A stretch of DNA of 64,000 bases. Source: Micropruina sp. Lineage in GTDB: Bacteria; Actinomycetota; Actinomycetes; Propionibacteriales; Propionibacteriaceae. The notes under the pieces were generated by a model, which did no database searches, was not told the DNA's origin, and worked only from the letters and a program-made list of their open reading frames with translations. Shown here piece by piece: positions 58,957-64,000 of this stretch. The DNA lies in the NCBI RefSeq assembly GCF_047607385.1, contig NZ_JASGDE010000018.1, forward strand, positions 2,205-66,204. Reading direction: 5' to 3'. The translations under genes and the position numbers were made by a program. How positions within the stretch are numbered: position 1 is the stretch's first letter; the number at the start of each line of letters is the position of its first letter.

Positions 58957-60099
58957 TCACCCGGGCGTTCCGGCGTATCCCACCTTCTTGGCGCGCTCTT
59001 TCCGGTTCACCGGCTTGTTCGGCTTCTGGCCGAATATCGGCCAGCTGACCCACGGGTAGCGAGCGAACGTCCGCTCCACCCAGATCGGCAACGCGATGGC
59101 CAGCGGAAGGCCGATCGCGGTACGGATCCAGGCGTTGTCGATGCCGATCCGGGGCATGACCCCCATGCCGAACGAAATTGCCCAGTTGTGCAGGATGTAC
59201 ACACCGAACGAATACAGCCCGATCGTGCTCAGGAACTTGTTCTCCAGGACCTTCCGGAGAGCGAAGAGGATGAAAATCGCCAGGTATCCGACGATCGACT
59301 TCGTCAGCCGGTCGAGCTGCGGGGTGACGACGACCAGCTGCGGGAACAGGTCGTAGCGGACCACGACGCGCAGCGCGAGGAAGACCACGAAGCCTGCGGT
59401 CGCCCAGGGCAGCATCCGGCGCTCGAAGGCGGCCGTGGAGAACCGCTTGAACCCGACGCCGAGGAGGAACGGGCCGAGCAGCCACAGTCCCCGCCCGTAG
59501 TTCAGGATGCCGTCGTCGAATTGGACGTTCAGCACCACGTACGCCGCGGTCACCACGATCCACACCGTGGTCCAGCGGGACAGCGGCTGCAGCCAGCCCA
59601 GGATGTCCAGCACGCCCACGGCCAGGAAGCACCACATGATGGCCTGCAGGAACCAGTACGGATCGACGTCGGCGTAGAGCCAGAAGTGCGGAAGCCCGGA
59701 CAGTTCGGTCTTGATCCCGCCGCCCGGGCCGACCACCTGCCACAGGAAGTAGATGGTGCCCACCACCAGGAACGGGACCAGCAGGCGCTTGAACTTGCCG
59801 CGAACCAGCCGCGGGTACTGGCTCCACGACGAGATCGGACGCAGCGCGTAGACGTAGCCGGAGAGCACCGCGAACATCGGCATCCGGACGTCGCCGAGCA
59901 GCTTCATGACCACGTTCCACCAGTCCGACTGGGCGGTCAGGGCGCCGCCGGGCGGGCCCGACTCCGAGACGTGGTACAGCACCATCAGGATCAGCACGAT
60001 CCCGCGCAGGGACTGGATGCTCAGGTCGCGGCCGCCACCAGGGGCCGGCGAAGCCGGAGCGGACGACTGCGGGGCCGCAGAGCTGTTCGGCTGGGTCAT
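58957..60099 (-). CDS. Acyltransferase family 3 (OatA/OafA-like) membrane protein
   Basis: IQSLRGIVLILMVLYHV...DVRMPMFAVLSGYV, about 10 TM. Confidence 0.8.
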   Translation of the reverse strand: MTQPNSSAAPQSSAPASPAPGGGRDLSIQSLRGIVLILMVLYHVSESGPPGGALTAQSDWWNVVMKLLGDVRMPMFAVLSGYVYALRPISSWSQYPRLVRGKFKRLLVPFLVVGTIYFLWQVVGPGGGIKTELSGLPHFWLYADVDPYWFLQAIMWCFLAVGVLDILGWLQPLSRWTTVWIVVTAAYVVLNVQFDDGILNYGRGLWLLGPFLLGVGFKRFSTAAFERRMLPWATAGFVVFLALRVVVRYDLFPQLVVVTPQLDRLTKSIVGYLAIFILFALRKVLENKFLSTIGLYSFGVYILHNWAISFGMGVMPRIGIDNAWIRTAIGLPLAIALPIWVERTFARYPWVSWPIFGQKPNKPVNRKERAKKVGYAGTPG

Positions 60100-60816
60100 A
60101 TCAAACCTCCGGACGGGCAGTGCGCTGCCGCAAGAAGGACTCTTCAGTGTGGTGGGGTTGCCTCATCTGTCTTCTCCGATTAGCCGGCGGATGTACTGGC
60201 CATGGCCGGACCGTGCCGATCGATCGGAGTCCATTGGCTCCCGTTGCTGTCCACTCGCAAACGCAAGTGCACGATCGTCCCGGCATGTCTTGATGTATTG
60301 GACCGCTGGCCCCGCCGTCGGTCACGACGACGGTCTCGAAACCCCCAAATGGCTGCCGATCCGATGTGGGAGGCGTGCCGCCCGGGGTGGCGAGCCGACC
60401 TGCGGAGGGCTGTGGGCCACTCGCCCAGTCCTGCTTCTTATCGCGCCTAAGGACGCAGCGGCAGTCTGTCACATTTGCAGGACTGCACGCAAACGCGGCC
60501 GCACCGCGGGACGCCGCCCGGACGCCGGCGGAGCCCAGCATGCGGCCGACCCTCCCCCCGCGGTGGCGCAGGCCGTAGCCCGAGACCCCTTTGGCCCACT
60601 AAACCCTGTGTGCTAGCTTTTCGCGAGCACATGTTGATCGGGAGACCGTGCGTCCTGACGTCGCGTTCGAGCGTCGCAGCGAACGGTACCCCTCGACCCC
60701 GGACGCCGCGCACCGGCACCCCACACACCGGCCCACCATGAATCACTCCTTTATGCACTCCTGTTCACCGGCCCGTAGCGGCCGGCGGCCGCAGTCCCCG
60801 AGTCTCTCGATCGCCC

Positions 60817-61962
60817 ATGTCCGGTAGCCGGGCGGCGTCCGGTGACGCCGGCGGGAAAGGTGATTCCGGTCAGCCACGCCGCGCCATATCCTCGGAGCAG
60901 ATCGTGACCAACCAGCCCCCCGCCGCCAGCCGATCCCGCACCCGGCTCGCCTACGTCGACCGACTCCGGGTGGCCGCGGCCGCCGCGGTGGTGCTGGTGC
61001 ACGTGTCGGCCGTCGGCTGGTACGCGCTGCCGCCGGCGTCCGTCGACTGGCAGGTGGCGAACGTCTACGGCTCGGTGAGCCGGTGGTGCGTGCCCATCTT
61101 CTTCATGATCTCGGGCGTGCTGTTCCTCGCCCCGCAGCGCACCGACGCCCCGAAGAAGATCTGGCGCCACTACATCAGCCGGCTGTTCGTGATGTACGTC
61201 TTCTGGAGTTCCACCTATGCGCTCGTCAACATGGCCGTCGGGCGCAAATGGGAATGGAGTTACGCGCTCCAGCAACTCTGGGACGGCTATTACCACTTGT
61301 GGTACCTGCCCGCGATGGCCGGTGTCTATGCCCTGATCCCGCTGCTGCAGCGGGTCGCCGCCGTCCGTTCGCTGGCGTGGTACGCGGCCATTCTGACCGG
61401 AATCGCCAGCATTCTGGTGCCGACCACGGCGATCATTCCGGTGGTCGGCAGCCATTGGGCCAATCTGGTCAGCCGGGTCGGCCCGTACCTGGTGGCCGGC
61501 TTCCCGTTCTATTTCCTGCTGGGTCACCTGCTGCACGAATCGGCTCGTGAACTGCCGCGCTGGGTGCGTCCGGCCGCCTACGTCGGCACCGTGGTCGGCA
61601 TCGTGATGACCGCCGTCGGGACCTCGGCGCTGTCCCTGGAGAAGGGCGTCGGCGTCGGGTCGATGTACGGCTACTTGAACCTCGGCGTCGCGTTGATGTC
61701 GGTCGGGGTGTTCCTGGCCTTCCACGACGCCGGCGGCACCACCCAGACCGGGCCGCGGCTGGCCGAGGTGGCCCGCTGGACGCTGCCGATCTACCTGATC
61801 CATCCGGCGCTGGTGCGGCTGATCGAGGAACTCAACGTCTCGCCCGGCCTGCTTCCGACCGCGATCGGCATCCCGCTGATCTGGATCGGGGTGCTGGCGA
61901 TCAGCGCCCTGATCAGCGCGGTGCTGGTGCGGATCCCGTTCGTCAACTCCTGGCTGATCTAG
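60817..61962 (+). CDS. Acyltransferase family 3 membrane protein
   Basis: YVDRLRVAAAAAVVLVHV...RWCVPIFFMISGVLFL, about 10 TM. The N-terminal extension and start are uncertain. Confidence 0.8.
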   Translation: MSGSRAASGDAGGKGDSGQPRRAISSEQIVTNQPPAASRSRTRLAYVDRLRVAAAAAVVLVHVSAVGWYALPPASVDWQVANVYGSVSRWCVPIFFMISGVLFLAPQRTDAPKKIWRHYISRLFVMYVFWSSTYALVNMAVGRKWEWSYALQQLWDGYYHLWYLPAMAGVYALIPLLQRVAAVRSLAWYAAILTGIASILVPTTAIIPVVGSHWANLVSRVGPYLVAGFPFYFLLGHLLHESARELPRWVRPAAYVGTVVGIVMTAVGTSALSLEKGVGVGSMYGYLNLGVALMSVGVFLAFHDAGGTTQTGPRLAEVARWTLPIYLIHPALVRLIEELNVSPGLLPTAIGIPLIWIGVLAISALISAVLVRIPFVNSWLI

Positions 61963-61999
61963 CAGCCACCACGACCGCCGACAGCGGCGGCACCACGCG

Positions 62000-62078
62000 C
62001 TCCCCGGGTAGGAGTCGAACCTACTGCGCTAATCCTGATTCAAAGTCAGGCGGGCCCTGCCGGAAGACCAACCGGGGA
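62000..62078 (-). tRNA. tRNA-Gln (anticodon UUG)-like gene, 79 nt, with non-canonical D loop and 9-nt variable region
   Basis: Minus strand: TCCCCGG TT GGTC TTCCGGCAGG GCCC G CCTGA CTTTGAA TCAGG ATTAGCGCA GTAGG TTCGACT CCTAC CCGGGGA G. U1-A72 and G73 are as in bacterial tRNA-Gln, and the acceptor, anticodon and T stems are perfect. Confidence 0.6.
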
Positions 62079-62166
62079 TCGATCGATCCACACTCTACGG
62101 CGGCCGGCGATGCCTCGCATCCCGGGACGATTGGCGCACCGAGTTCCCGGACGCCAGACTGGGCGG

Positions 62167-62859
62167 ATGCCAAGCTCGTCAGCCGCCGCCGGACGGGCGC
62201 GGCGCGTCCGGGTCAGGATGACCCGCGCGGAGCGGCGCGAGCAGCTGATCGAGGTGGCTCGCGGGCTGTTCGCCGACCGCGGCGTGGACGGCACCTCGGT
62301 GGAGGAGATCGCGGCGCACGCCGAAGTCAGCAAGCCGGTGGTCTACGAGCACTTCGGTGGCAAGGAAGGCCTCTACGCGGTCGTGGTGGACCGCGAGGTG
62401 CGCGCCCTGCACACCGCCATCCGGTCCGCGCTGACCACGCCGCGGGCCGGCGCCCGGCGCCTCATCGAGCTCGGCACGCTGGCCCTGCTGGACTACATCG
62501 ACGCTTGTCCGGACGGCTTCCTGATCATCTCGCGGGGGTCGTCCGCGACCTCCCCGGAGGGGTCGTTCGCGACCATCCTCTCCGACATCGCCGGACGCGC
62601 CGAGGATCTGCTGGCCGCCGAGTTCTCCAAGACCCAGCTGGATCCGGCACTGGCGCCGATGTACGCCCAGATGCTGGTCGGCCTGGTGGCACTCACCGGC
62701 CAGTGGTGGCTGGACAACCGGGACAGCGGGCTGGCCAAGGACGTGGTCGCCGCGCACGTGGTGAACCTGGCCTGGAACGGCATGCGGCACCTGCAGGTGG
62801 CGCCGCGGCTGGAACGTCCGAGGGACGCCGACGAGGCCGCTCCGGACGCCATCGACTGA
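62167..62859 (+). CDS. TetR/AcrR family transcriptional regulator
   Basis: RREQLIEVARGLFADRGVDGTSVEEIAAHAEVSKPVVYEHFGGKEGLY is a TetR HTH. The start could be 62110, 62167 or 62218. Confidence 0.8.
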   Translation: MPSSSAAAGRARRVRVRMTRAERREQLIEVARGLFADRGVDGTSVEEIAAHAEVSKPVVYEHFGGKEGLYAVVVDREVRALHTAIRSALTTPRAGARRLIELGTLALLDYIDACPDGFLIISRGSSATSPEGSFATILSDIAGRAEDLLAAEFSKTQLDPALAPMYAQMLVGLVALTGQWWLDNRDSGLAKDVVAAHVVNLAWNGMRHLQVAPRLERPRDADEAAPDAID

Positions 62860-62867
62860 ACCGGCCC

Positions 62868-63791
62868 TCAGCGGATCGGCACCGGACGCGGCAGCCTGCC
62901 GGTCTCCGCCCGGGTCAGCACGTGCTCGCGGAACAGTTCGGCGGCGGGCAGCCGGCGGCGATGATCGTTCCAGGACAGCCCGACGGTGCGTTCGGCGTCC
63001 GGATCGGACAGCTCCAGGTAGTGCACCCGCGGCGAGGACGGCTCGATGGCGCCGGCGTCCCAGCGGGCCGGGATGATGGCCACCCCCAACCCGGAGGCGA
63101 CGTAGCCGCGCAGCGTCGGCAGGTCGTCGGCCACCAGCGCCACCCTGGCCTCGAAGCCGGCCCGGGCGCAGAGCTGGTCGAGCTGGCTGCGCAGCAGGGA
63201 CGCGCGCCAGAGCGTGATGAAGGAATCCTCGGCCACCTCGGCGATGCCGACCCGGCGGCGGTCCGACAGCGGATGCCCCTGCGGCAGCAGCAGCCGGATC
63301 GGTTCCCGGACCAGCGGCCGCCACTCCACCCCGTCCTCGATGACGTGCAGGGTGGACAGTTCCAGATCGACCGGGCTGCGGGCACCGACCGCCGAGGCGT
63401 GCTCGTCCGGCTTGGAGCGCAGGTCGAACCGCACCTCGGGGAAGCGGGTCCGGAAGCTGCCGATCAAGTCGGGCACCAGCCAGGTGCCCAGCGACGCCTG
63501 GAAGGCCAGGCTGACCGTGCCGGTCTCGGGGCTGACCAGCTGCTGCACCGCCGCGATGCCGTCGTCGAGGCGATGCAGCGCGGCGCCGACGTGCCGATGG
63601 AACGCCGCGCCGGCCGGGGTCAGGCTGAGCAAGCGTCCGGAGCGTTGGAAGAGCTCGGCGCCGACCTCCTCCTCCAGCCGCGCCAGGGCGCGGGAGACGC
63701 CGGGCTGGGAGCGCATCTCCAGCTCGGCCACCTCGGTGACGGTCGCGCCGTCGGCCACCATCTCGAACCAGCGCAGCGACTCGGTGTCCAT
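62868..63791 (-). CDS. LysR-family transcriptional regulator
   Basis: LRWFEMVADGATVTEVAELEMRSQPGVSRALARLEEEVGAELFQRSGRLLSLTPAG plus the substrate-binding domain. Confidence 0.88.
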   Translation of the reverse strand: MDTESLRWFEMVADGATVTEVAELEMRSQPGVSRALARLEEEVGAELFQRSGRLLSLTPAGAAFHRHVGAALHRLDDGIAAVQQLVSPETGTVSLAFQASLGTWLVPDLIGSFRTRFPEVRFDLRSKPDEHASAVGARSPVDLELSTLHVIEDGVEWRPLVREPIRLLLPQGHPLSDRRRVGIAEVAEDSFITLWRASLLRSQLDQLCARAGFEARVALVADDLPTLRGYVASGLGVAIIPARWDAGAIEPSSPRVHYLELSDPDAERTVGLSWNDHRRRLPAAELFREHVLTRAETGRLPRPVPIR

Positions 63792-63813
63792 CGGCTCACT
63801 CCTCGTCCATTAG

Positions 63814-63828
63814 ATGCAGATTTCGCAT
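63814..63828. promoter_or_regulatory. LysR-type box ATGC-N7-GCAT (T-N11-A)
   Basis: ATGCAGATTTCGCAT lies in the AT-richer divergent gap between the LysR gene and the gene starting at 63932. Confidence 0.45.
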
Positions 63829-63931
63829 GGATTCTATGTCTTCACTTCATTGGACGCATCGAACGCGATCCCGAACACTTGTTGTTGTGGCAAGCACCCC
63901 GCCACCCGGACAGACCAACAAGGAGACCACC

Positions 63932-64000
63932 ATGAGCCTCACCAAGATCGTCGCCGCCTTCGGCCCCACTCTTCGTCGTACCGCTTTCACCTTCCCCACC
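63932..64000 (+). CDS. 5' end (23 codons) of an unidentified gene divergent from the LysR regulator
   Basis: aaggagaccacc ATG, then MSLTKIVAAFGPTLRRTAFTFPT. It runs off the window. Confidence 0.4.
   Translation, partial: MSLTKIVAAFGPTLRRTAFTFPT

Noticed and set aside
61963-62166. Integrase gene or att duplication next to the tRNA-Gln-like gene
   Set aside because: No integrase or recombinase ORF, and no obvious repeat of the tRNA 3' end, is visible within the window. The island hypothesis therefore rests on context only.

Overview
High-G+C actinobacterial chromosome segment: third codon positions are almost all G/C, and every real gene carries long Arg/Gly/Pro-rich antisense shadow ORFs. 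Most of the window is conserved housekeeping DNA. It includes mca-DUF4307-greA, ung, dacB, msrA and mpg. A long minus-strand block runs glmU-prs ... rplY-pth-mfd-lipoprotein-mazG-eno-ftsB-DUF501-ppx-tRNA, an order I recall as conserved in Mycobacterium and Streptomyces. There are three accessory parts. (1) At the left end, an IS982-family element abuts a start-less gene fragment, followed by an XRE/HigA-like gene and a DUF4143 AAA+ ATPase. (2) A sucrose/fructan-type sugar module (GH32-like hydrolase, LacI regulator, LacY-family permease) is split by prs-glmU. (3) A roughly 17-kb Wzx/Wzy-type glycopolymer cluster spans 45.2-62.0 kb. It holds a GT2-GT4 fusion, a GH5 lipoprotein, a hexapeptide acetyltransferase, GT26, an Alg14/Alg13 fusion, Wzz-like, Wzy/O-antigen-ligase-like, a LamG secreted protein, Wzx, GT2 and two acyltransferase-3 genes, and it ends at a tRNA-Gln-like gene. 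I found no CRISPR array, no rRNA and no recognisable defence or prophage module. The items most worth a second look are: two structurally atypical tRNA genes (a class-I-shaped tRNA with a Leu UAA anticodon, and a 79-nt tRNA-Gln); a roughly 0.5-kb ORF-free, hairpin-dense region at 20.2-20.8 kb; and two families of intergenic repeats (long palindromes sharing a CCTAACTAT core, and a GGGGACGGTTC motif that forms a five-copy cluster at 7.3-7.4 kb). All functional calls come from reading the translations by eye. No database search was run.
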